Shown piece by piece: positions 54,491 through 64,000 of a stretch of 64,000 nt of DNA (position 1 is the stretch's first letter; the number at the start of each line of letters is the position of its first letter). The translations under genes were made by a program, and so were the position numbers. The notes under the pieces are model-generated. The model did not search any database, was not told the origin of the DNA, and was given only the letters and a program-made list of their open reading frames with translations. The DNA comes from Dictyostelium discoideum (taxonomy: Eukaryota): the NCBI GenBank assembly GCA_000004695.1, contig CM000151.3, positions 4,640,001 through 4,704,000 of the forward strand, given 5' to 3'.

Positions 54491-55214
54491 AGTATTTAAA
54501 AATTTAAATATTTAAATAATTTGATTAAATCTCTTATTAATTTTATTTTTTAAAAAATAATAATTATAATAATAACAAGAATAATAGATAATATCTATTT
54601 TATAAAGTACACTAAAAAGATAAATTTGATGGATAATTATCAATTTAAAAAAAAAAAAAAAAAAAAAGATATTTTTTTTTTTTTATTATGACGTGTTAAA
54701 ATTTTAAAAGAAAAAAAAAGTTGTGTTTACTTCACCCATAGAAGTTTCCACATACTGATAATTACTTTTTTTTTTTTTTTTTTGATAAATTGAGATTGTA
54801 TTATAATACTACTAGTATAATACAACCTCAATAAAAATAAAATGAAATATCTGATTAAACCAAACAAAGGTATTTTTTATTTTATGATATTTTACAATTC
54901 TTGAAATATATTTCACTTGAATAATTTAAATAATAAAATTTTTTAGTATGAGTGAAAAAAAAAAAAAAAATCAATCTGATTTAAAAGGATATTTTTATGT
55001 TTATCATAGGTTGAATGTGTGAATAAAATTTTATTTTTTGTAGTGTTAAGCAATGAATAGGTAAGAAACGAGTTTGATTTTTTAATATAATTTCAAATTT
55101 ATTTAAATATATTAATAATAAAATCTAAAAAATCAACATTGTTTTGAAATTATTCAAAAAAAAATAATCAATCTCCCAAATATAATTCAGAAAAATTTGC
55201 AGACTCATTCTTTG

Positions 55215-55263
<49 letters not shown>

Positions 55264-55485
55264 TATTTATTATTTTTTTGTGACGTGAGCAAATTTTTAA
55301 AAAAATTATCAAAATGTGCACAATAACAGTAATTGGTTGTGTAATCCCACTTTATATATTCTCACACACGAATCTTTTCAATGATTATATATTTATATAT
55401 ATATTTACAACTCTATACTATTTATTTATTATTTTTTAAAAACAAAAAAATTTAGTTATGTATGAAAACTTAAAAAAAAAAAAAG

Positions 55486-55522
55486 TTGCTTTGGCTTAGT
55501 TGGTTAAGCGCTTGCCAAGCCA
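55486..55522 (+). other. tRNA 5'-half-like fragment (acceptor/D-arm/anticodon-stem-like) followed by an A-tract; not a complete tRNA gene
   Basis: gttgctttggcTTAGTTGGTTAAGCGCttgccaagcc has a D-loop-like AGTTGGTTAA flanked by GCTT/AAGC. No T-arm (GGTTCGA.TCC) or 3' acceptor half is present. It is flanked by 17-bp direct repeats agttatgtatgaaaact at ~55456 and ~55553. Confidence 0.3.
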
Positions 55523-56077
55523 AAAAAAAGTTAGTTTTTCCAATTCAAAAAAAAGTTATGTATGAAAACTAAATTTTCAATAAAGTTATGAAAAAAAAAC
55601 TAAATTTGATCTTTTTAATGGAAAAATTATTAAAATTTTAATGGTCAATAACTGAAAAAATATTTTAAGAAAAAAAAAAGATATTTTTCTCAAAAAAATA
55701 GGGGAGTGTTGACAAGCATAAATTTTTTTGTACAGTTTTTCATCATTGTCTTAACCGCAAAAAATTTAAAATAAAAAAAAAAAAAAAAAAAAATTTCATC
55801 ACTAAATTCATCATATCTACCCGGGAAAAAAACACAAAAAAAAAAAAAAAAAATGAAAATTTAAAAAAATAATTTAAAATATCCATCATTTTGATATTTT
55901 AAAACTCGTATTGCCAAGAAAAAATTTATTTAATTTTGAATTAAATTATTTATTTTATTTTTCCTCTTTTTTTTTTTTTCTTACGAAAAAAAACTATTTT
56001 TAAAGACAGTAGACTACTTTTTTTTTTTTTTTTTTCTAATCATTGTTAGGTTACACACAAATATATATAAATACATA

Positions 56078-56774
56078 ATGTCAAATTGGGAACACGGTAA
56101 ATATTTTTTTGTTTATATGATGCCATCACATGGCACAAAAAAATAAAAAAAATAAAAAAAAAATAAAAAAGAAACAAAATAAACCAAAAGAAAATATAAT
56201 CGTCATGCACAATATTATTAATATAGTTCTAACGGTTATAAATTACTTTTTTTTTTTTTTTTTTTTTTTTTTATCATCATCATAATTATTTTTATAACCT
56301 ACTTTTTTTATCATAATAAATAGGTTTATGCGATTGCACTTCAGATATCAGAGTTTGCTGTATCTCTTATTTATGGCCACAAGTAACTATCTATAATAAT
56401 TATGATATTTTTAAAATAAATTAATTGAAATATTAACATTTATCTCTGTTTTCTTTAATAATAACTAATTTTTCACATTTATCTTTGTTATTTCTAATGA
56501 AAACCAAATTTTTGACCCCAAGCTTCAAGTTATGCAACAAAGAGCAACCGTAGATGGTCGTCAATGTGAGATTACAGATTGCCTCTTTACCGCTTTATGT
56601 TTCCCATGTGTTACTTGTTTAACTCGTTCACAAATCAGAGAAAAACACGGTATTGAAGGTTCAGGTGTTATGGATTGTTTAACCGTTTGTTATTGTACCC
56701 TTTGTGTTATTCACCAACAAACCATGCAACTCCAAGCTAAAGGTGAAAAACCATCTGGTCTTTTCATGAACTAA
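56078..56774 (+). CDS. PLAC8 (DUF614, cysteine-rich) family protein, ~109 aa, 3 exons. CDS join(56078..56096, 56324..56382, 56523..56774).
   Basis: MSNWEH|GLCDCTSDIRVCCISYLWPQ|LQVMQQRATVDGRQCEITDCLFTALCFPCVTCLTRSQIREKHGIEGSGVMDCLTVCYCTLCVIHQQTMQLQAKGEKPSGLFMN*. Donors GTAAAT and GTAACT; acceptors aaatag and cccaag. Typical PLAC8 Cys pattern (GLCDC...CC...CLF..LC.PC...Q..RE). Confidence 0.75.
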
Positions 56775-56879
56775 ATTATTTTTTTTTTCTTAAATTAAAA
56801 AAAATAAAAAATAAAATAAATTAAATATATAAATAAATAAATATACCGACTTTAAATTTTTTAATAATTTTTTTTTTTT

Positions 56880-57524
56880 TTTTTAAAAAAACTTTTGTTT
56901 ATAAATAAAAAGTTGTTTTAAGTTCTCTCTGACCAATATACTAATAGTCATCAAAATATATTCAGCAACTGGCCAATCAATCAACACAAATGTTTCCACT
57001 GAAGCATTCTTTACTCTTGGTGATTCAACCAATAAATGCTAGTTTTTAGTTGTTAAAGATAATAGGTGTATTTATGGTTTGTCAGTATTAGAAAAAGTTG
57101 GTATCAATATTGGAGTTTAATTTACTGTCCAAAGACTGGTAGTTCCCATCGAATGGTGGTAGAAAATGGAATTACCGCTTAAACAAAATTTTAAAGCAAC
57201 CAAGATTAGATAATTTAAATAAAAATAAAATCAAAGAACCATTAGATAATAATAATAAAAAATTAATGATATTAGAACACAAAGTATAAATTAGAAAAAC
57301 AAAATCAACAACTTGTTACTCATGAGAAAGAGTATCAAGAGAAAATAGCATTATCTAATTCTCATTTTTAGTTATTACAAAAGTTATGTAATCAATTACA
57401 TGGTCAACCTAGCTTCTTCAACAAAAACAAGAACAAGATCAACAAGAACAAGATCAACAACATATTCAACAACCAAATGAAAAACAAGATTTATCGAAAT
57501 TAAATCATAATCCAAATCTAAGTG

Positions 57525-57564
<40 letters not shown>

Positions 57565-57575
57565 AATTCAAATAT
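56880..57575 (+). mobile_element. Degenerate retroelement-like remnant ending in a ~45-nt poly(A) (family not identified)
   Basis: Sequence of normal complexity and non-host composition that translates with frequent stops in all frames (e.g. ...LVVKDNRCIYGLSVLEKVGINIGV*FTVQRLVVPIEWW*KMELPLKQNFKATKIR...). A(45) at 57528-57572 is followed directly by the PLAC8 3' fragment. Confidence 0.25.
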
Positions 57576-57576
57576 T

Positions 57577-57728
57577 TTTGACCCCAAGCTTGAGAAAAAC
57601 ACGGTATTGAAGGTTCGGGTGTTGTGGATTGTTTGACCGTTTGTTATTGTACCCTTTGTGTTATTCACCAACAAACCATGCAACTCCAAGCTAAAGGTGA
57701 AAAACCATCTGGTCTTTTCATGAACTAA
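57577..57728 (+). pseudogene. Partial duplicate of the last PLAC8 exon with a ~118-bp internal deletion
   Basis: tttgaccccaagctt|gagaaaaacacggtattgaaggttcGggtgttGtggattgtttGaccgtttgttattgtaccctttgtgttattcaccaacaaaccatgcaactccaagctaaaggtgaaaaaccatctggtcttttcatgaactaa is near-identical to 56511-56774 apart from the deletion and 3 substitutions. Confidence 0.7.
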
Positions 57729-57739
57729 ATTATTTTTTT

Positions 57740-59285
57740 TCCCCAAATAAAAAATAAAAAATAAAATAAATTAAAATTATTAAATACAAAGAATATGAAA
57801 AAGGAAAAAAGAAAGAGGAATTTTGGAAATTCGATTTTAGTTTATACTCTGTCCACATAATAAAAATTATGAAGTTTTTAGAAAACTTGGTACTATGGTT
57901 TGAAATAAACAAGAAATATTTTAAGAATTATGTTATTGTGAAAGGTGCGATGATCCAAAATTGGTTAAAATATCTAAAGAACAGTTTAAACAAATTAAAA
58001 ATACGTACTCATTGGTTGCTAAAAATCATAAAGTAAACCCAACATTTATTGAAAAAGAAATTGCAAGATATAATAATGAAAATTCAATGTACATAATAAT
58101 AGTTCATAAAGATTTTGTTTTTGTGGTAACGAAGACCCTATCATAGAATTAATCCCTTATTCATTAAATAATAAAACAAGAAGGGAAGAAATTGATTAAA
58201 AAGACGCTACTTTTGCAACATTAAAACAAATGTTTAGAATGCTTAAAGTTTGAATATAAAAAGCATTCCAGATAAATCAATGTCCAAATCTAAAGAAACA
58301 ATTAATGAATGATCAAAGTTAAAAACAAATGTTGAAAATTCATCAGAAGTTTTTGATGCATTAAAAAACGGTTCACTCTACACATCAATGTTATTTTAAA
58401 GTTGTTTGTTCAATCGATCGATTGTAAGAATTTAGAAATCCAGATTTAAATTTCAATGACCATCATACTAGCAAGTGCATTGGTTGTAATATAGGATATA
58501 TTTTAACAAAATTATTCACAACAATTGATATTATTTGCAATAGTTAACCAATTTCAACAAACTCTGAAAGTATTAAGGAAATCAAGAAAAAAAATGAAAT
58601 CACTCACCGATAAATATTTTAATAAATTTGAAATTAGCTTTTTAGATATTTGTGGCCATTCCATTAGTTTTAATTCAGCATCATTATTGCATGGTGGAAC
58701 TTCTATTTCTACTATTTTAGAATCAATTTCAAAATGTCCAACATGCTCATCAATAGAAAGTATTAAATATGGATTAAAAGCTTTTGTTACCATGAATTCA
58801 GATAAAATCGAATACTGAAGATGAAACGGAGAAATTTTTTCACCAATCTTACCATCAGAATTGAATGAATTATTTAAATTCGTAGCAATTCATTATCTTT
58901 TAAAATTCAAACCATAACTACATGTAATCATAAAATAAAAACAAACAATACATAAATAAATAAATAATTTAGGTTCTTCAGCTAATTTAGATGATGTCCT
59001 TTTTCTTGTTGATGAGTCCAATTGAGCAACAGTATTTGGGTGTGATGTTTTTATTTCAACTCTTCTTGGTTTATAAAGAGTTTAAATTTCCTAATCACCA
59101 TAGTTGAAAGGAGGTGTAATGGTAGTTGAAGAGGAAACTATTTTTGAGTATTTAGTGGAACTACTCTTGAATTTGATTTTTTGATTAAACTAGTGTTTAA
59201 TGATCTTGTTTTAAAACCACTAGATTGATTTTAATTTCTAAATCTAATTCTGATTTTAAGTTTTTGACTTTAATCATATTTGCAG

Positions 59286-59300
<15 letters not shown>
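57740..59300. other. Degenerate, stop-riddled coding-like sequence (probable transposable-element remnant, unclassified)
   Basis: Non-AT-homopolymeric sequence with short ORFs on both strands (57961..58146, 58525..58818 plus; 58554..58793 minus). No intact long ORF and no host-like Asn-rich codon usage. Confidence 0.2.
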
Positions 59301-59317
<17 letters not shown>

Positions 59318-59493
59318 CACCAAAAGCGATTTTTTTATTTTAATTTATTTTTTTTTTTTTTATTGAAATAAATTTTAAAAATTTTTATTTGACCAAAAAA
59401 AAAAAAAAAGATATTTTTGGGAATTGTGATTTTTTTTTTCTTTTTTTCACTTTTTTTTTTTTAAATTTTTTTTTTATTTATTATTTTACCACG

Positions 59494-59745
59494 ATGAGAA
59501 TTATTTTATTGCTTTTTTTAATTGTTTTCGTTGTTGCTCAAAGTTCATCATCATCATCCTCTTCAGGATGTCCATGTGATTCATCATATTTATGTGAACC
59601 ACTTCAAATTGCACCAAGACAAGAGTTTTTAGGTTTTTCATTAAATAGCACGCAATATCCAAATTATTATTGGAATCAATTAACAACACTTGCGAGTAAA
59701 TATTTTATATTATTATATTTTATATTATTAAATTTAGTTATAGAT

Positions 59746-59786
<41 letters not shown>

Positions 59787-60859
59787 AATAAATAGTATTT
59801 TATGAAACAATTGAAGATGAATTATTATGTATTGCACATGAAAATGATGTTAGATTAGTATGGGGTACAACATTTCCAATTGAAAATCTTGGTAATTCAA
59901 GTTATATTGAAGAATGGATTCAAGAACAAATTGAAAAAGTTCAAAGTACATTTACAGATGGTTTAAATTTTGATGTTGAAAGTCCAATTACAGATCCAAC
60001 CATCGCTCAACAATATACAGAATTAGTATCAGCAACTAATAAAGCATTTAAAGCAATTAATCCATTCTATCAAATTTCAATCGATGTAGCATGGTCACCA
60101 TCATGCATTGATAAACGTTGTTATGATTATGCTGGTTTAGCTTCAAATTCCGATTTCCTTGTAGCAATGGACTATGATGAGAGAAGTCAAGTTTTTGGTG
60201 AGAAGGTGTGTACTGCTGGTGCAAATTCTTCACCCTCAAATGCCTTGGCTGGTATAAATAATTTTACTGATTTAGGTATTAGCACTGATCAATTGGTAAT
60301 GGGTTTACCATGGTATGGTTATATTTATAAGAATTGTTTAAATGGTGATGAAGCAGGTTTGGAAACTGTTGTTTGTCAAATTGAATCTGTACCATTTAGA
60401 GGTGCAAATTGTTCAGATGCAGCTGGTTCAGAATATGATTATAGTTATTTGGTTCAATTATTACAAGATCAAACTATAAACTCTTCTGCAGTTCAATGGA
60501 ATACTGAATGGCAATCACCTTATTTTAATTATATTGACCCTATAACTGGTAATGTTGATCAAGTTTGGTTTGATAATCCACAATCATTATCAATTAAAGT
60601 TCAATTAGCTCAAAAATTAAATTTAAGAGGTAAATATTTTTATTTTTTTTTGAAAAAAAAAAAAAAGATTATTTAAAAATATTCATTCCAACAATCTTTT
60701 TTTTTTTTTTTTTTTTTTTTTTTTCCAAAACTTATAGGTGTTGCAGTTTGGAATATTGATTTTTTAGATTTTTCAGATCAATACAATTCTCGTCCAATGT
60801 GGGATGCATTAGCTTCTTTTTTCCCACAATCAGCTTCAAGTGAACAATCATTAAATTAA
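59494..60859 (+). CDS. ctbs: Di-N-acetylchitobiase (CTBS, GH18 family), 385 aa, 3 exons. CDS join(59494..59695, 59796..60629, 60738..60859).
   Basis: Signal peptide MRIILLLFLIVFVVAQ, then CPCDSSYLCEP (as in human CTBS DCPCPEPELCRP). GLNFDVE (GH18 catalytic DxxDxDxE region), VAWSPSCIDKRCYDYAGLA, LVMGLPWYGY, VPFRGANCSDAAG, QVWFDNPQSL and LRG|VAVWNIDFLDFS are collinear with human CTBS. Predicted length equals human CTBS (385 aa). Donors are GTAAAT twice. Confidence 0.9.
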
Positions 60860-60981
60860 AAAAAAAAAACTTTAAAAAAAAAAAATTAATAAATATTTAA
60901 TTTGTATAAGAAGAACCTATTTATTTTATTATTATTTATTATATTATATTATATTATATTTTATTTTATTATTTATAAAAT

Positions 60982-62637
60982 TTAATTTGTATTTAATTTA
61001 TTAATAACAATTGCAGAGAATACACCAATATCCTCTTGTTGATAAGAATCATTACCAGTATATTCTTGTGGTCTACTTAAGAGACATCTTAAATTACCAT
61101 ATTTAGAACCACAAAATAATATTGTGTGAGGTGTTACTTTATTATTTTTACTTTTATCAGGTTCATTCATAGTTTTATTTGAAACCTTTTCAATGATTAA
61201 TTGATTATCACCTCTATTATTAATTAAGAAGGTAAAAACTTGAACTCTTTCACTGCCAAAATAATTTTTAATTTCATTCCAAATCAAAAGATCTAAACCT
61301 TTCAAATGATTTTCATTAACATTTGATTTATAAAGATGAGAAAGGAATATACCACAATTTACTGATCTTTCATTGATTACATTTTCAAAAATTGAAATCA
61401 TCTTTTGTAAATGTTTTTTATTGGCCTTGATTGAACAATCTTTTTCAGATTCATTCTTATTTTGATAATTTAAAGTTAAGAATTTATCTTTTTCAGAATA
61501 TTCGGTTGGTTCATTTCTATATTCAAAGAAATCATCCATTCTTTTAAAAGTTATAAGTGGTTCATTTTCTTTTCTTTCTTCATTAATAAATAGAATATTA
61601 AATTGTAATACAATTCTAACACCTTTGGTAACTGGAGTAACCGTATGAATACAATCATTATAGAATGCAATCCATTTGAAATCGATTGAATCTTGTAGTT
61701 TATTATCATTTGCTTCAATTTTATAATTAATGGTTGTTTGATCGAATGTATCATTTTCAGAGATTATAAATTCACCACCTTCATATGTATCAACACCTAA
61801 TGGAACAATATAGGTACCAATATGATTTTTAGAATGAATGGTATCGATATGTGGTTGAAAATGACCACCTTCATTATAAATATGAATTTTATATAATTCA
61901 AGATCATAGTTTGTTTTCTTATAAAAGAATTGATTTTCTTTTAATGGATGTTTGAAATCAAATTGATTCATTACTTTATAATCTTTATAATTTTCTGCTT
62001 TTTCTTGGAAAAATGGTACTTTAACTCTATTACCTTCAATATGATAACCTTTTCTAATGTTTTCATCGTAAACTGTGTCAACACCATTTCCAAAACTTGA
62101 TTTCTTTGAAAAACTTTGAATTAAATTTAAATCTGGTTCAAAAATTGTACCACATTCTTTATCATCAATATAAATGTTAAAATCATAATTAACTTCATTT
62201 TCATTTTTAAAAGTTTTCACTTTTTTAAAATCTTTACTTGCTTTTGGATCCTTTGGATGATAATTTTCATTAAAACGAATTGTTTCCTTTGGTATTTTAT
62301 AAGTGCCAGTTAGCAATGATGGAACATCTAATGATGAATAATAAAAACTAATGTCTTTATTTTCTTCGACTCTATAACCAGTTTCATGGTTACTATTAAA
62401 TAATGAATGAATCTTATCTCTAACTTTTAAATATGAATAAATGTAATCATCACCTTTGAAAATATAATCATCTAATTGTAATTTTGGTAATATAAATAAA
62501 TTCCAACTTTTACAAACCAATGAGATTTTACAATAAAAATCAAATTGTTTACCTTCATAAAATGATTCTTGGATTGATAATTTCAAAATTTTTACAAATA
62601 TTAAATTTGGAAAACAAATTGATTTATTATTATTCAT
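60982..62637 (-). CDS. 2OG-Fe(II) oxygenase-superfamily (prolyl-4-hydroxylase-like) domain protein, 551 aa, with a possible N-terminal F-box-like segment
   Basis: GGHFQPHIDT...IGTYIVPLGVDTYEGGEFII...IAFYNDCIHTVTPVTKGVRIVLQFNI fits the H-x-D...H, R/K-x-S/V facial-triad pattern of 2OG oxygenases. Confidence 0.45.
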   Translation of the reverse strand: MNNNKSICFPNLIFVKILKLSIQESFYEGKQFDFYCKISLVCKSWNLFILPKLQLDDYIFKGDDYIYSYLKVRDKIHSLFNSNHETGYRVEENKDISFYYSSLDVPSLLTGTYKIPKETIRFNENYHPKDPKASKDFKKVKTFKNENEVNYDFNIYIDDKECGTIFEPDLNLIQSFSKKSSFGNGVDTVYDENIRKGYHIEGNRVKVPFFQEKAENYKDYKVMNQFDFKHPLKENQFFYKKTNYDLELYKIHIYNEGGHFQPHIDTIHSKNHIGTYIVPLGVDTYEGGEFIISENDTFDQTTINYKIEANDNKLQDSIDFKWIAFYNDCIHTVTPVTKGVRIVLQFNILFINEERKENEPLITFKRMDDFFEYRNEPTEYSEKDKFLTLNYQNKNESEKDCSIKANKKHLQKMISIFENVINERSVNCGIFLSHLYKSNVNENHLKGLDLLIWNEIKNYFGSERVQVFTFLINNRGDNQLIIEKVSNKTMNEPDKSKNNKVTPHTILFCGSKYGNLRCLLSRPQEYTGNDSYQQEDIGVFSAIVINKLNTN

Positions 62638-63191
62638 TATTAATTTATTAATTTAATAATTATTATTATTATTATTTTTTTTTTTTTTATATTACTGCTT
62701 TTTTTTTTTTATGTTATTGTTACTTTTATTTTAATTAATTTAATTATTACTTTTAAAATTATTGTTGGTTTGATTTCTATATTTATCTTTTATTATTCAA
62801 AAAAGTTAATATGAAATGAAAAAAAAAAATTAAAAAAAATTGCTTAAAAATAAAAAAAAAAAACACTGTTGAAAAATCAATAGACATGAAAAATCCAAGA
62901 TATTTCCGACTTTGGGGATTTTTTCTGTTTATTTTTTTATTTTTATTTTTTTATAATTTATTTATTTCTAAATTAAATATAGGGAAAAATCTTATAAATT
63001 AAATTAAAATTATTTTTAATATTTTTTATTGTGTATAATTTAAATAAGTCAACTTTTGGTTGGATTAGCCCGAGATTTGACTTTTTTTAATATAGTTTTT
63101 GTAAACTTGTTTTTTTTTTAAAATTTTTTTTTTTAATTATTTTTTTATTTATTTATTAAATGTTTTTAAAAGAAAATTATTATTTTTATAA

Positions 63192-64000
63192 TTATTCAAA
63201 TAAATTTTCATTTTCAGGTTGATTTTCTTCATCATCATTTGCTGAAGGAGCCATTTGAGTCCAATTTTGGAAATGAGCAGGTCTATGAGATTCATCATAA
63301 AAGTTTTTAGGATAATCTAATTTCAAACCATAGGTCATATTTGTGGAATGTTTAACACCCATGAAATTATAATTCCAAGAACCACGATCAGGTACCATAT
63401 AGAAACCAAGGAAACGATCGGATAATAACATTTGAACCTTCTCATAGAATTGTGGTTGATAACCTTGATAATTGAGAGAATCTTTATTATTTTTACCCCA
63501 TTCAAAACCACTTGGAGTCAAATGGTAAGCAGTTAGAGTACAAGGCCAAGCCACAGAGACAGAGATGATAACAGTTTTCTCACCATCCCAACTCTTATTG
63601 TCAGACATAATCTTTGAATGAGTGATAACATCTTGTGGTGATAGTTGTGGTAATTCAGTTGGTTGAGTGTGAATCCAACCCAATGGTTCTAAATCTTTGA
63701 GATATTCATGTTCTGGTAATTGATTTGGTACGGTTACATGAACTGGTGTACCCCATTGTGGTGGCATTACAATACAACGAATTTCTTTTACTGATGGATT
63801 ATCGGGTGGTGAGATACCATAACAATAACCCATGATTTGAGTACGAAGATCGGCAATGGTAATGAATTTCTTTAAGATATTCTTTGGGAAAACATAAGTG
63901 AAACCACCAGTTTCTTTAGCGTTATCAGAGTTTACATAGATTTGATTGGTACGTAAATGAAGATTAGTTGCACTGATAGCACGTACACGCCAATCTGTTT
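63192..64000 (-). CDS. prpf8: Pre-mRNA-processing factor 8 (PRP8), C-terminal end with the MPN/JAB1 domain; gene continues beyond the window
   Basis: ...[84 protein letters not shown]...[17 protein letters not shown]...[12 protein letters not shown]...[14 protein letters not shown]...[30 protein letters not shown]... is near-identical to the human PRPF8 C-terminus. Stop at 63192. Confidence 0.95.
   Translation of the reverse strand, partial: TDWRVRAISATNLHLRTNQIYVNSDNAKETGGFTYVFPKNILKKFITIADLRTQIMGYCYGISPPDNPSVKEIRCIVMPPQWGTPVHVTVPNQLPEHEYLKDLEPLGWIHTQPTELPQLSPQDVITHSKIMSDNKSWDGEKTVIISVSVAWPCTLTAYHLTPSGFEWGKNNKDSLNYQGYQPQFYEKVQMLLSDRFLGFYMVPDRGSWNYNFMGVKHSTNMTYGLKLDYPKNFYDESHRPAHFQNWTQMAPSANDDEENQPENENLFE

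Noticed and set aside
55486-55560. Complete tRNA gene
   Set aside because: Only the 5' half (acceptor, D-arm, part of the anticodon stem) is present. No T-arm or 3' acceptor strand is present. It is reported as a fragment instead.

Overview
The window is Dictyostelium-type nuclear DNA. It is extremely AT-rich, with long poly(A/T) and (AAT)n tracts, Asn/Gln-rich coding sequence, and short AT-rich introns with GTAAGT, GTATGT or GTAAAT donors and AG acceptors. No prokaryotic features (operons, CRISPR) are present. All calls are from reading the sequence and from memory of protein families; no searches were run. Splice coordinates were derived by hand and may be off by a few nucleotides.

Gene content, in order:
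- Three tandem FNIP-repeat paralogs on the minus strand (1–8.1 kb). Only the distal copy looks intact; the other two carry a frameshift, in-frame stops or a truncated 5' exon.
- A ~1.2 kb insertion between FNIP copies 1 and 2. It contains a near-perfect 67-bp-arm palindrome, nested inverted repeats and ~27-bp flanking direct repeats.
- A STE20-like kinase and a TAF1B/Rrn7-like RNA polymerase I factor (8.3–14.4 kb).
- A 3-exon choline/ethanolamine kinase (16.2–17.4 kb).
- A repeat-laden stretch with hairpins (20.1–21.3 kb).
- Translation and mitochondrial genes: mitochondrial L7/L12, a NUFIP1-like gene, a 4-exon eIF3d, an unknown probably mitochondrial protein, mitochondrial L13, and a BTB/DUSP-like gene (21.6–31.8 kb).
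- A 1236-aa Asn-rich orphan (32.7–36.4 kb).
- A SMARCAL1-like SNF2 ATPase with an N-terminal GRF-type zinc finger, head-to-head with a senataxin/UPF1-like SF1 helicase (36.6–44.4 kb).
- A saposin-like gene (44.5–45.3 kb).
- A 6-exon GPAT3/4-family acyltransferase (49.2–51.5 kb).
- A C2–arrestin–SAM gene whose first coding exon is 13 nt (51.7–53.8 kb).
- A 3-exon PLAC8 gene (56.1–56.8 kb).
- A 3-exon di-N-acetylchitobiase (59.5–60.9 kb).
- A 2OG-Fe(II) oxygenase-like gene (61.0–62.6 kb).
- The 3' end of PRP8 (63.2–64.0 kb).

Features worth a second look:
- A GC-shifted locus with non-host codon usage (46.3–47.9 kb). Three consecutive out-of-frame ORFs together look like an atypical protein-kinase fold. 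It is probably a decaying foreign or transposon-borne gene.
- The palindromic insertion in the FNIP array.
- Decayed partial duplicates of the PLAC8 gene on both sides of it. Alongside them are a tRNA-5'-half-like insert with 17-bp target-site-like duplications and an A-tailed retroelement-like remnant.
- The GRF-zinc-finger SMARCAL1 architecture.
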